From positions 3,693 through 67,692 of the forward strand of contig CAYGAC010000011.1 in assembly GCA_964347865.1 (NCBI GenBank): a stretch of 64,000 nucleotides of DNA, given 5' to 3'. Shown here piece after piece: positions 39,701 through 48,189 of this stretch; positions within the stretch are counted from its first letter, which is position 1, and each line of letters begins with the position of its first letter. The position numbers were made by a program, and so were the translations under genes. The notes below the pieces were generated by a model. That model was not told where the DNA came from. It ran no database searches and saw only the letters and a list, made by a program, of their open reading frames with translations. This stretch comes from an uncultured Thermoplasmatales archaeon (GTDB lineage: Archaea; Thermoplasmatota; E2; DHVEG-1).

Positions 39701-41056
39701 ATCATATTCTACGATAAGATCATTAGGTACATCTAGATCATGAAGTAAATCCATTTCATATGAATTTCTACTAAACTCTACAAAAATCATATTGGCTTCA
39801 AGTCCTGGTAGATCGGAGGAATCCTGTTCACGTCCTTTTATCTGAATACCATCTCTTTCCTCTGTTCCTGACTTTATTACATTATTTGAATTTAATATAA
39901 TTGCATGAGCGGTACCTGTTTCACCTTCATCAAAAGAAATCCATGCTCTTTCTCCTAGATCGAGGTCTTCTTCTGTGTTTATAAACAACGTGCTTTTCCA
40001 GGTACCGGGACCAGGGAAAACATCAGGATCTGGATTTAACTTATATTCTGCTATTGTCCCCTGTTCAGTATATACGTGAAAATATGGATATATCCTCCCA
40101 AAATTCAGTTCTTTTATTGAATTACTCTCTAATCCACCACATTGAAAGCTTGCATAAGTTCCTTCGACTTCAGGTTCTATTGCGACTGAAAATTCTTTTA
40201 AAATTTCATGTTTAACATGGGCAATAATTCTTTTATGTTCTGTTGGACAATAATAGTATTTATAGGTCACTGTACTTTTTATATCTTTTTTATCTGAACC
40301 GCTTACAATTCCAAATTTCACCATTAAATTTCCATCAACAAATATATTTTTAGAAATCAGATTTTCAACCGATCCCGAATAATCTTCCAAACCGGGACCA
40401 TAATAATACATAAAATCAAATGACGCAAAGAGTTCTCCATTTTTGAGCGTTACATCAGTTGCTCCTGGTTTTAACTTGGTGACTTGTTGAGCAGTACCCC
40501 CACCCATAAACTTTCCACCTTGGGCAACTGCATAAATTATTGATTCTTCTTCAGTGATTTTATAATAGTGTGATTCAAAAGGATATCCGGGAATTGGCTC
40601 ATATTTATAATATGATTCTTCAATCTTAACATGATCTGGATAATTTGGATCGGGTCTTTCCTGGTTATCATAATACACAAAGTAACGTTCATCTCCTGTG
40701 GCATCTTCAGGAATTAAAAAAACAAGACTACAAGATTTGATATAGTTCTCATCTGAATAATTGAGATCGTATATCTGAGATTCAATATCATAATGATTCT
40801 CATTTTCATGGTAAACAACTCGGACTGAGTGCTCTTTTTCATTTTTTGCCCAACAAGGATTATTAAATTCAATATAGGTGTCAATTGGCTGAAATTTAGC
40901 TTGATCATCACTCGTATTTATTGGTATAAATAATTCCTGTCTGAAAGACCAATCTTTATACCAAAAATTTGAATCATCTTTGGATATGCATACCGGAGTA
41001 AAAGATAGAAGAATAAAATCTGCTACTAGTATTAAGAGTATAAGCCTATTTACCAT
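36755..41056 (-). CDS. 1433-aa membrane protein: large extracellular N-terminal region fused to a multi-TM block and a C-terminal flippase-like (UPF0104/LPG-synthase-TM) domain
   Basis: Signal anchor. WYKDWSFRQELFIPIN (DUF2341-like start, tentative). CarboxypepD_reg-like segments. More than 10 TM segments. The C-terminal ~330 aa (about 36758-37740) contain IPITSAGLGTREATL. Confidence 0.7.
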   Translation of the reverse strand: MVNRLILLILVADFILLSFTPVCISKDDSNFWYKDWSFRQELFIPINTSDDQAKFQPIDTYIEFNNPCWAKNEKEHSVRVVYHENENHYDIESQIYDLNYSDENYIKSCSLVFLIPEDATGDERYFVYYDNQERPDPNYPDHVKIEESYYKYEPIPGYPFESHYYKITEEESIIYAVAQGGKFMGGGTAQQVTKLKPGATDVTLKNGELFASFDFMYYYGPGLEDYSGSVENLISKNIFVDGNLMVKFGIVSGSDKKDIKSTVTYKYYYCPTEHKRIIAHVKHEILKEFSVAIEPEVEGTYASFQCGGLESNSIKELNFGRIYPYFHVYTEQGTIAEYKLNPDPDVFPGPGTWKSTLFINTEEDLDLGERAWISFDEGETGTAHAIILNSNNVIKSGTEERDGIQIKGREQDSSDLPGLEANMIFVEFSRNSYEMDLLHDLDVPNDLIVEYDAEFFSTDVGGYRGVEKEAELFQSIIKISPSHKEEIIEEEEEVGGSSLTVFVHLKPSTPMGSALSILTGKNLSYIGAELYYNNELISTGIGGRLLTNPIPSFEDTKIIEKIKLALGIFDWKNLTFFKKINFQNLKPGRYLVKIFIENPFFGKERKFIGFKIVDIKESTKIHVFCRPEGSVQVSLVDQNNNAINDAKLIIAKDNVSISESITDGEGKSLIKIPCNNLYKYELKILYNGFAVYNDSFRLRYYRNIFPIKKSIDIKRYDFDLEILDTWDLAPEITLDPFLISNEMDEPTELYPDEIQKNNYHFTNLIPTNYLLYLQYKLFFVKENIEVPDETERSLVFPAEFNVKMKVFDSRGILLNNVLTEITRSGKKTEINSEEKGFVQISLPPGNYKIKTYRNDNLIGERKINVNNERTYDLITNEKPVFPLIVTLSSILFLFIGLFLSYRKKDIRLFLKILAVTLAIISIISPWWSIDGAVSQIETSSKMFLIPPTMVTSVTSPNLLAGEIVSLPEIFTNAMILLFISIVIGCILIIINIFLDKFNKNRLLFLSISFGALALTFSIVVFYYAMSELCKIGVGGFFGGGDLDISLIGEGIRTTVSSNWGPSIGFYFCLVAAIIVLIFAFFNFKKILKERKKNRFLNRENILKYIKRFMPLIGIFLLIYLIIDIGTDEIASTFLKISPYLIIISASLTIPRMFIRNYVWQIILKKQKINVSFITSLKIFLIGYFYGSITPGYVGQLMRIPHLKEKTGEPTGKLFVNLIVEEGVHTLSLYIMMIIGAFIIINRVPEVFLITIIFLLATLAIYGFFIKKERGEKTFHILIKLLIPKKFKPYLTRFVDSFYKDFPSIKSLICPFIIVISSWIIIYSQIYILGLSLDIEVPYFEFLMLYPIANVVAFIPITSAGLGTREATLIFLFSFYGVSPEKALVLSIAGHLITDVLTGFYGFIISIFEARSDKKRISLLKIEDTLKKDIIDKR

Positions 41057-41217
41057 CTGCTTTCACAGGTCCACGTCCCAAATTTTTATATTTATAATGT
41101 AGATTAATATTAATAAATCTCCGGTTATTTTTATTAATATATAAATGAATATTATTTTTATTAAAAAGATGGGAAAATCTTAAGTATAAAACCCTTCTTC
41201 AATTATTCGAATAACAG

Positions 41218-42846
41218 ATGAATAAATACATTTCTTTATGTGGAATTATCATCATTATTTGTATTTTAAACATTGCATCCTTTTCCTCAGTAATTGGATA
41301 TTATGCCCCTCAAAAAAATTTTAGATTCAATGCCCCTCAAATATATAATAATAATGAGCAGAATAATAATGATGAATTACAACAAAAGGTAAGTCTGGAT
41401 ATTCAATTCATTTTCAATCTTACCGCAAACCTAAGTAATATTATTTTTAATGTATATGATGAAGAAAATGGTGAGATTGCTAAAGGGAGAGCTTTTGGGA
41501 CAAAAGGAGAACATCGCGCTGCAGAAATCATTTATGAAAACATGACGTTATTAGGACTAAATAAAACACTTGAGAAATTAGAAAAATGCCCTAGTAATAG
41601 TAATATTATAAGCAAACTTGAAGTATTAGACTATGAAGCTAGGATAAATAACAAATTAATAGACTGCTATATTGCACCCTCATGGAAAGGCCCTCGAGAT
41701 CACAAACAACAGCTGGATTATAATTTTTCATATAATGGATTAAAAATTAAACCTATACCAAAATTTCCATGTAAATATAGTAAAAAATTAGCAAAGGAAA
41801 AAGAAGATTTTGTTTTTATCGCTAAAGATCAATGTAATGATCCTAATGGTACTTTACCAGTTGTAGATTTGTTTAAACCGATTCTTACCCCTCTCAAGTT
41901 CTACATGTTATTTTATGTTACAAGCACTATAAACATTATGCGTCAAACCGCAGCATGGTATAGATTCTATCCACATTGCAAGGGATTAATACTTTACGAT
42001 TTTAACAATGATTGTCATGATATGATATACTATATCAAAGAGATTGGAAATTCACTTCCTATCTTGTTTATTAACGGAGCGATGGGAAAAAAGATATTAG
42101 AAAATGTTGAGAATTATACAATCGATTTTAATCTTTCTCAACGATACAATACATCGGTAATAAGTTATAACATTATAGGCGAGCTCGAAGGGTCAAATAA
42201 AGATGAAATAATTATCATTAGTTGCCTTTATGATTCGTGGTGGTGCCAAGGAACTGCAGATTCTGCTATTGGTATGGGGATTGTACTTGCTATAGCCAAA
42301 TATTTTAATGAATTAAAAATTAAGCCAAAATACACAATAAAATTTATTGCTTTTAGTGGAGAAGAATATGGCTTTCGAGGATCAGAATATTATGAAGACA
42401 TTCATAAAAATGAAAATATTGTTGCTGTTATTGACTTGAATCAAGTTGGTTTCACTCAAGAAAAACCACGATTAACTCTCAATATAGTTTCAAATAGATT
42501 ATCTTTTTTAAATAAAATATGGAAGGTTGTTGAAAGGAGCAATTATGTTAAGAGAACAGGAAATGTTACGGATATCAATAAGGTTTGGTGGCCTTCAGGC
42601 ACAATTCCAGGTAATGCTATCTCTTTTGCAACGAATCGACCATTATGTAATGTCATTGGAATCTTTAAGGATGGTGGGTGGACACTTCATCATAGAGACG
42701 GTATGAATCATACTGAGGGGGATGTATTAAAATATTTTAATTGGACAGATGTAAGAATTACTAGTGAAATCATTTTAAATATTACAAAAGATCTTACCGT
42801 TGATTCTCAGAATTATTTTCCTAACTATCAACTCCTTTCCATATAA
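41218..42846 (+). CDS. secreted M28-family metallopeptidase with PA-like insert
   Basis: Signal peptide. FIAFSGEEYGFRGSEYY and DSWWCQGTADSAIG metal-ligand regions. Confidence 0.7.
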   Translation: MNKYISLCGIIIIICILNIASFSSVIGYYAPQKNFRFNAPQIYNNNEQNNNDELQQKVSLDIQFIFNLTANLSNIIFNVYDEENGEIAKGRAFGTKGEHRAAEIIYENMTLLGLNKTLEKLEKCPSNSNIISKLEVLDYEARINNKLIDCYIAPSWKGPRDHKQQLDYNFSYNGLKIKPIPKFPCKYSKKLAKEKEDFVFIAKDQCNDPNGTLPVVDLFKPILTPLKFYMLFYVTSTINIMRQTAAWYRFYPHCKGLILYDFNNDCHDMIYYIKEIGNSLPILFINGAMGKKILENVENYTIDFNLSQRYNTSVISYNIIGELEGSNKDEIIIISCLYDSWWCQGTADSAIGMGIVLAIAKYFNELKIKPKYTIKFIAFSGEEYGFRGSEYYEDIHKNENIVAVIDLNQVGFTQEKPRLTLNIVSNRLSFLNKIWKVVERSNYVKRTGNVTDINKVWWPSGTIPGNAISFATNRPLCNVIGIFKDGGWTLHHRDGMNHTEGDVLKYFNWTDVRITSEIILNITKDLTVDSQNYFPNYQLLSI

Positions 42847-43136
42847 AATAAAAATTGTATTGATGAGAATTGAAAATTAATAGCCGTTAATTTATTATAA
42901 ATATCATAATTATATCATATCCTTTAGAACTATGATCTTAAATTATCCTAACAAAAAATAAAATACCAATATTTTTTATTATAAAAAATTTAAAATAAAT
43001 ATAATAAACCTAGATATTTTTTAACTCCAATAAATCAAATTAGAAAAAATTATATATAAGGGTGTTAATTACATAACTAACTAAATATTTATCAATCACA
43101 ACGAGTTACCATTGGAAAATTTATTGGGGATTAAAT

Positions 43137-44732
43137 ATGAAAAAAACGATTGAAAGAAGGCTGTTAGGATTATGTTTAATAACAATTTTTTTACTGCTCA
43201 CAACCTCAGTTAACGCTAAAAACGCTCAAAATCAATCTCTATTAACAAGTGTAGAAACAACCAATTTAGATCCATTAGTAGATGTAGCTGTAACTTTTGA
43301 ATTAAAACAAATACGTTCTCTTGAAAAAAGGGATATTAGTAAAATAATAATAGATAAAATTGATAAATTCAGTGATCCAGATTTTTTCGTTAAAGTTATA
43401 ATCAATAGTCATGAATTTGTTAGTCCAGTGTGGGAAAATACTAAAGTTGTTACTAATCCAGAATGGTCGGTAACACTGAATGTACCAAATGAAGAAGAAT
43501 TCGTTGACATAAAAATTCAACTATGGGATTGGAATCCTGGTGTTAACAAAATCTGTGATATTAGTGGTGATTCAGAAGGATATTTAGATAGTTTTGATGT
43601 AGAACTAATTTATAGTATAAAAACTGGCCATTGGTGGGGTGATGATTATTCCTATTGGGAACCAGCAATGTTTGATCCAAGTGGTTATGGACGATTAAAT
43701 GGATGTGATGATAATAGTATTTATGAAAACGATCGAGATTGCGAACTCTGGTTTTCCATTTATCAAAATGATTATGATGGAGATGGTATCCCCTATTGGG
43801 CAGAAGTAAACGTCTATGGAACGGATCCTGAAGTAGATAATACCGGAGAAGATGCAGATAATGATAGTGTTCCAATTGAGTGGGAGCACAGATGGGGTCA
43901 TTACTATAGTAGGTGGTGGGATGAGCATTATTGGAAATATGATCCTTTTATTTCTGAAGATCATATTCATATTGATCTAGATCGTGATGGGTTGGACAAT
44001 GTTGAAGAATATCTTATGTCTCAGTGGGATTCTGATCCTTTTAGAAAGGATATCTATCTGGAAATAGATCAAATGGAAATTGGACCCAATGGTGAAGGAG
44101 CAAGCCTTCCAGAATTAACAAATGAGTTGTTAATCACAGCATTCTCAAAACAGAATATTGTATTATTCATTGATGATACTGGTGAAAAAATACCATTTGA
44201 CGACTCGACATCAGATGAAGAGCTGCAAAATATATACTTCAATTATTTCCTTGATGGTAATCCTAATAATTGGAAAAGAGGAACAATACACTATGGTGTT
44301 GTTGCATATCACGCTGAAAGGTATCCTGGTTTTGTTTTTGGAACGACTTTAGATGAAGATAATTTTATGTTGGATAGTTTACAAATATCAACTTTATATC
44401 ATGAGGTTTACCCAATGAAATTTCCTTTGTTGAACTCCCTCAGACGTAATGGCTTAAATTTAGAATACCAACGAGCAGTTGTCTATGCGAGTGCAATAAT
44501 GCATGAAACAGGCCATGTCCTTGGTACATTTGGGGGAAATACTCCTGGATGTGATAACCTAAACAGTGTATTTCCACGAAAAGACTGGTGGAAATTTCGT
44601 AATTATCGGAGTTGTATGAATTATCATTACACGTATTCTATGGTTGATTTCTCTGATGGTTCACGTGGAAAGAATGATTTTGATGATTGGAATCGAATAG
44701 ATCTAACATTCTTCCAACGAGAAGTATGGTAA
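43137..44732 (+). CDS. secreted zinc metalloprotease (metzincin-like) with N-terminal C2-like domain and TSP3-like Ca-binding repeats
   Basis: Signal peptide. SDPDFFVKVII...TNPEWSVTLNVP...IKIQLWDWN follows a C2-like pattern. DYDGDGIPYW, DADNDSVP and DLDRDGLDN repeats. HETGHVLG and SCMNY. Confidence 0.6.
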   Translation: MKKTIERRLLGLCLITIFLLLTTSVNAKNAQNQSLLTSVETTNLDPLVDVAVTFELKQIRSLEKRDISKIIIDKIDKFSDPDFFVKVIINSHEFVSPVWENTKVVTNPEWSVTLNVPNEEEFVDIKIQLWDWNPGVNKICDISGDSEGYLDSFDVELIYSIKTGHWWGDDYSYWEPAMFDPSGYGRLNGCDDNSIYENDRDCELWFSIYQNDYDGDGIPYWAEVNVYGTDPEVDNTGEDADNDSVPIEWEHRWGHYYSRWWDEHYWKYDPFISEDHIHIDLDRDGLDNVEEYLMSQWDSDPFRKDIYLEIDQMEIGPNGEGASLPELTNELLITAFSKQNIVLFIDDTGEKIPFDDSTSDEELQNIYFNYFLDGNPNNWKRGTIHYGVVAYHAERYPGFVFGTTLDEDNFMLDSLQISTLYHEVYPMKFPLLNSLRRNGLNLEYQRAVVYASAIMHETGHVLGTFGGNTPGCDNLNSVFPRKDWWKFRNYRSCMNYHYTYSMVDFSDGSRGKNDFDDWNRIDLTFFQREVW

Positions 44733-44740
44733 TATTTGTT

Positions 44741-45514
44741 CTATATTTGTAGAATTTTTCTAGCAAATATAAGATAACCTGTATGGCCAAGCATATTAAA
44801 ACTAGGTCTAGTACCATAAATAGAAACAACCATCTCTCTCTGAATATTCTCAAATGTTTTTATCTCGATGAAGCTATGTTTTTTGAGCTCTGTAACTGTT
44901 TTTTCAACCTGTGAAACAAGCGGTGAGTATGAACAGAAATATCCCCCTATTTTTAATGCGTTCCACCCATTTTCTATTGCATCCCAAGGATTTGGTATAT
45001 CTAGAATTATTGCATCCAAATCTTTTTCTTTTATTTCTTCTGTAACATCTTTCAATTTAGTGACAACGTATTTTTCTAATCCAGATTTTCTTATATTTTT
45101 TAAGGCATGTTCAATAAAATCTGGTCTGATATCATATGAAATCACTTTCCCATTCGGTGTTACAGCGTTAGCAAGAGCAATTGTCAGTGAACCTGATCCA
45201 ATACCCGCTTCAAGAATTTGTTGTCCTGATTCTATAGAGCAATTAATTAGTATATGACCTGCATCCCGAGGTAATATAATCTGAGCACGACGATGTACAC
45301 TTTGTAATTTGTCAAGTAGAGATGGATATAACACCCAAAATTGTTTATTTCCAATTTCTAACTTTTTACCGTATTCCTTTCCAATCAGACTACTTGGATC
45401 TAACACACCAACTCCTTTAATTTTATCTGTTTTACTACTTATATCGATAATATATTTTCTCAAATTTGAATCGATTAAAACAATTACGTCATTCTTTTGT
45501 ACATATTTTTTCAT
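44741..45514 (-). CDS. trmI: tRNA (adenine-N1)-methyltransferase TrmI
   Basis: RRAQIILPRDAGHIL...EAGIGSGSLTIALA matches the GCD14/TrmI family. 4-nt overlap with the upstream gene. Confidence 0.8.
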   Translation of the reverse strand: MKKYVQKNDVIVLIDSNLRKYIIDISSKTDKIKGVGVLDPSSLIGKEYGKKLEIGNKQFWVLYPSLLDKLQSVHRRAQIILPRDAGHILINCSIESGQQILEAGIGSGSLTIALANAVTPNGKVISYDIRPDFIEHALKNIRKSGLEKYVVTKLKDVTEEIKEKDLDAIILDIPNPWDAIENGWNALKIGGYFCSYSPLVSQVEKTVTELKKHSFIEIKTFENIQREMVVSIYGTRPSFNMLGHTGYLIFARKILQI

Positions 45515-46557
45515 TGATATCTACCAGAAAAATCAACTATGGAACCAAAAGTTAGATCTTCTATATCAAGTTGATCGAGCCATTTTTCCTTACAATTGCA
45601 ATACAGATTTTCAAAAACTTTTACATCTTGCGTAAGAGAAAAATCTGCAATAGCATCTAGAAATTTACGATCACATGTGGTGCAGTTATGCGCTCCTCTT
45701 ATACTACCACCACCAGCAATATCACACTGGATTCTTTTTTTACCAACTACTTTTTTACCTGTTTTCAATATTTCAATAACACTCCATAACCATGCTGGTC
45801 TAAATTGTTTCCGTTTCCAAAAATATTCAACTACAGTATTTCGTTGCACATTTACTGGATTAAATGATATCGTATCCGTGTATGTTTTAATCTTATCTAG
45901 AGTATTTTTACAATCATCGATAGAATCTTTTTCTGTTAAAAATAATGGTTTTATGAGAACATATGTTTTTAGTTTGAAGTTATTCCTCTTGATAATGTTC
46001 GCAGCCTTTTTATAATCATTAAAGGTAAATCCCTTATTTATTGCATGTTCTCTTACAAAATCATTTGCTGTTTCCAATCCACACCCTACTTCGAATGTTT
46101 TATCTTGAAATATCTCTTTTATAGATGATAAATTCTCATTTGTAATGTATTCCGGTCTAGATTCAACTGATATCTTATCTACTTTTTTTACAAGGTCATT
46201 TACTATTTCATTTCTAACGTTAGGATTAATTTCATTATCGTCTAGGAAGCTACCAGAATTGAAAATTTTAACAAATTTTTCTCCAGAATAGTTCTCCATA
46301 GCATTAAAAAATTGTTTTAATAAATGTTGATCAGGCATCTTTTTCCACATGCTGTCATTAAAATACCCACACATTGTACATCCAGATTTAAGAGACCAAG
46401 AACAACCTCTTGTTCTAAGAATAATGACGAAAGCATCTATAATTTTTCCATCTAGAATGTCTTTTTCGGACCAATATCGAACTGGTTTTGTTGGATCAGC
46501 TGTTTTGGGTGTAAAATCCTTTTTCAAGAGTTTACAGAGTTGTGTTAATTCTTTCAT
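45511..46557 (-). CDS. TIGR01210-type radical SAM protein (RaSEA-like, archaeosine pathway)
   Basis: ILRTRGCSWSLKSGCTMCGY cluster motif. 348 aa. Confidence 0.6.
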   Translation of the reverse strand: MKELTQLCKLLKKDFTPKTADPTKPVRYWSEKDILDGKIIDAFVIILRTRGCSWSLKSGCTMCGYFNDSMWKKMPDQHLLKQFFNAMENYSGEKFVKIFNSGSFLDDNEINPNVRNEIVNDLVKKVDKISVESRPEYITNENLSSIKEIFQDKTFEVGCGLETANDFVREHAINKGFTFNDYKKAANIIKRNNFKLKTYVLIKPLFLTEKDSIDDCKNTLDKIKTYTDTISFNPVNVQRNTVVEYFWKRKQFRPAWLWSVIEILKTGKKVVGKKRIQCDIAGGGSIRGAHNCTTCDRKFLDAIADFSLTQDVKVFENLYCNCKEKWLDQLDIEDLTFGSIVDFSGRYQ

Positions 46558-47789
46558 TTCTTTTGTTCTTTTTTCCGATATTTGATTATTAATAATGCAA
46601 CAACTAGTGATATAATAAATGCTAATGTTTCAAAACCGGGTGTAGCAGCTATTGCTCTGGGTTGAGCAAGATAATAATTAAAAATATTTTCAGGTTGCTC
46701 TTTAGCATTTAATTTGTATCTAGGATCTGGAGGAATTAGATCCTCCTCTAAACCTATATTATCGTCATCTGATGTTTCAAATGAATATGTTGTGGTATCT
46801 TTGATAATATTACTGAATTCTTGGGGCTTATTAACAAAATAGTAAGTAACCTCGACTAAAGCAGTTAGACTCACATTTTTATTTTTTTGCCATCCTTTAA
46901 AATCAGCTGAAGATCGATAAAGTTCTCGGTTATTTAAATCGAGTCTACTTACGTTGATATCTGAACCATTATCGATTTGATAATAAACTCTCATGTCCAT
47001 TGTGTATTTTTTATTACCTATAAAAAATGGAATAGGATCATATACCTCAGGATCTATTTTGAATTCGATAGGTGTATATGAATTAAGTTTACTACCACTT
47101 GCTGGTGTAGTGAGAACAATTACGTTATTACTGTATTTAATAATACCACTCTCTTCCGTTGTATGCCCATTTACATCGGTTGATTGAATTTTGAACGAAT
47201 GATCACCAAGCATATTTTCGGGATTTTCGTATGTATATTCAAATATATTATCTGTAAAAGTAAAATATGGTGAATAAGTAATTCCATTAGGAGTTACTAT
47301 TGTTAAGTTGATTCCATTTTTTTCAACTCCAACATTGTCAAGTATATGGGCAACAATATTTACTGTTCCACCTAGTTCTTGAATTTCAGGTAGTAGAACA
47401 ACTTCAATGTGAGGAGATTCATCATCATAAAATGGTGGATTAACAAGTACAATAAGTATTACAAGCCACGTAAAGAAATATATTGCGTATGAACCAAACC
47501 ATCCTCTTCTTCCAAAATCTGTAAGATCGATATCCAGTCTTAAAAACAGGTATCTTAACCATGGAGAACAAAAAACTCCTAATAATAAAATTAGCTCCCA
47601 ACGAAAAATACTTCCACTTAAAAGACTCCAAAATCCAAATGATATAAGTGCAACCACAAAACCAACAATAAACGAAATAAATAATGTTTTGACATTTCTC
47701 CGTTCTTTTTTTAAGAATTTCTCCTCATCAAATTTCGGTAATTTAAATTCAGGTTCTTCTTCGGTTTTTTCTTTACGTCTTTTCGCCAT
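46554..47789 (-). CDS. membrane protein with Ig-like ectodomain and PGF-CTERM sorting tail
   Basis: Basic N-terminus followed by 3-4 TM segments. The C-terminus ATPGFETLAFIISLVVALLIIKYRKKEQKK is a PGF motif, a TM segment and a basic tail. Confidence 0.65.
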   Translation of the reverse strand: MAKRRKEKTEEEPEFKLPKFDEEKFLKKERRNVKTLFISFIVGFVVALISFGFWSLLSGSIFRWELILLLGVFCSPWLRYLFLRLDIDLTDFGRRGWFGSYAIYFFTWLVILIVLVNPPFYDDESPHIEVVLLPEIQELGGTVNIVAHILDNVGVEKNGINLTIVTPNGITYSPYFTFTDNIFEYTYENPENMLGDHSFKIQSTDVNGHTTEESGIIKYSNNVIVLTTPASGSKLNSYTPIEFKIDPEVYDPIPFFIGNKKYTMDMRVYYQIDNGSDINVSRLDLNNRELYRSSADFKGWQKNKNVSLTALVEVTYYFVNKPQEFSNIIKDTTTYSFETSDDDNIGLEEDLIPPDPRYKLNAKEQPENIFNYYLAQPRAIAATPGFETLAFIISLVVALLIIKYRKKEQKK

Positions 47790-47834
47790 ATGCCATGTGG
47801 ATAATAAATTCTATTTAAAGGCTTTTTCTATAGT

Positions 47835-48185
47835 TTATTTACTTTTTTTCTTTTCTTTAAGTTTAGCCTTTGCTTTTTTCTTCTCTAATTTTATTTTTTC
47901 TTTTTCAACATCAGCTTTTATTTTTTCTTTCTCAATTTCTGTTGAAGGTTCAATTTGTACAAATTTTTCTTCAGCAGCAAGACCTGTACTATATCTATAC
48001 GTGAAGATTAAAGCAACAATTACGTAAATAATCAAGATGAAAATTATTGGTGTTAATATCTGAGAAAATTTTGGAAAAATGACTAATAATGCCATAAACA
48101 CGGTAATAAATCCAAGACCCGCCCAAGCGTGGTGTCTAAATGATTGGTATTTTCTCTTATATGCTGATAAATCCTTTTTTGTCAT
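47835..48185 (-). CDS. small membrane protein with K/E-rich tail
   Basis: 116 aa, two TM segments, C-terminus EKEKIKADVEKEKIKLEKKKAKAKLKEKKK. Confidence 0.5.
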   Translation of the reverse strand: MTKKDLSAYKRKYQSFRHHAWAGLGFITVFMALLVIFPKFSQILTPIIFILIIYVIVALIFTYRYSTGLAAEEKFVQIEPSTEIEKEKIKADVEKEKIKLEKKKAKAKLKEKKKSK

Positions 48186-48189
48186 ACTA

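Noticed and set aside
42847-43136. C/D-box sRNA in the long AT-rich spacer (TGATGA at about 42870)
   Set aside because: There is no matching D box (CTGA) at an appropriate distance and no terminal stem. It is probably just promoter or spacer DNA.
43561-43970. His/Leu-rich antisense ORFs (104 aa and 91 aa)
   Set aside because: They are antisense to the acidic D/E/W-rich TSP3 region of the 43137-44732 CDS and have compositionally biased translations.
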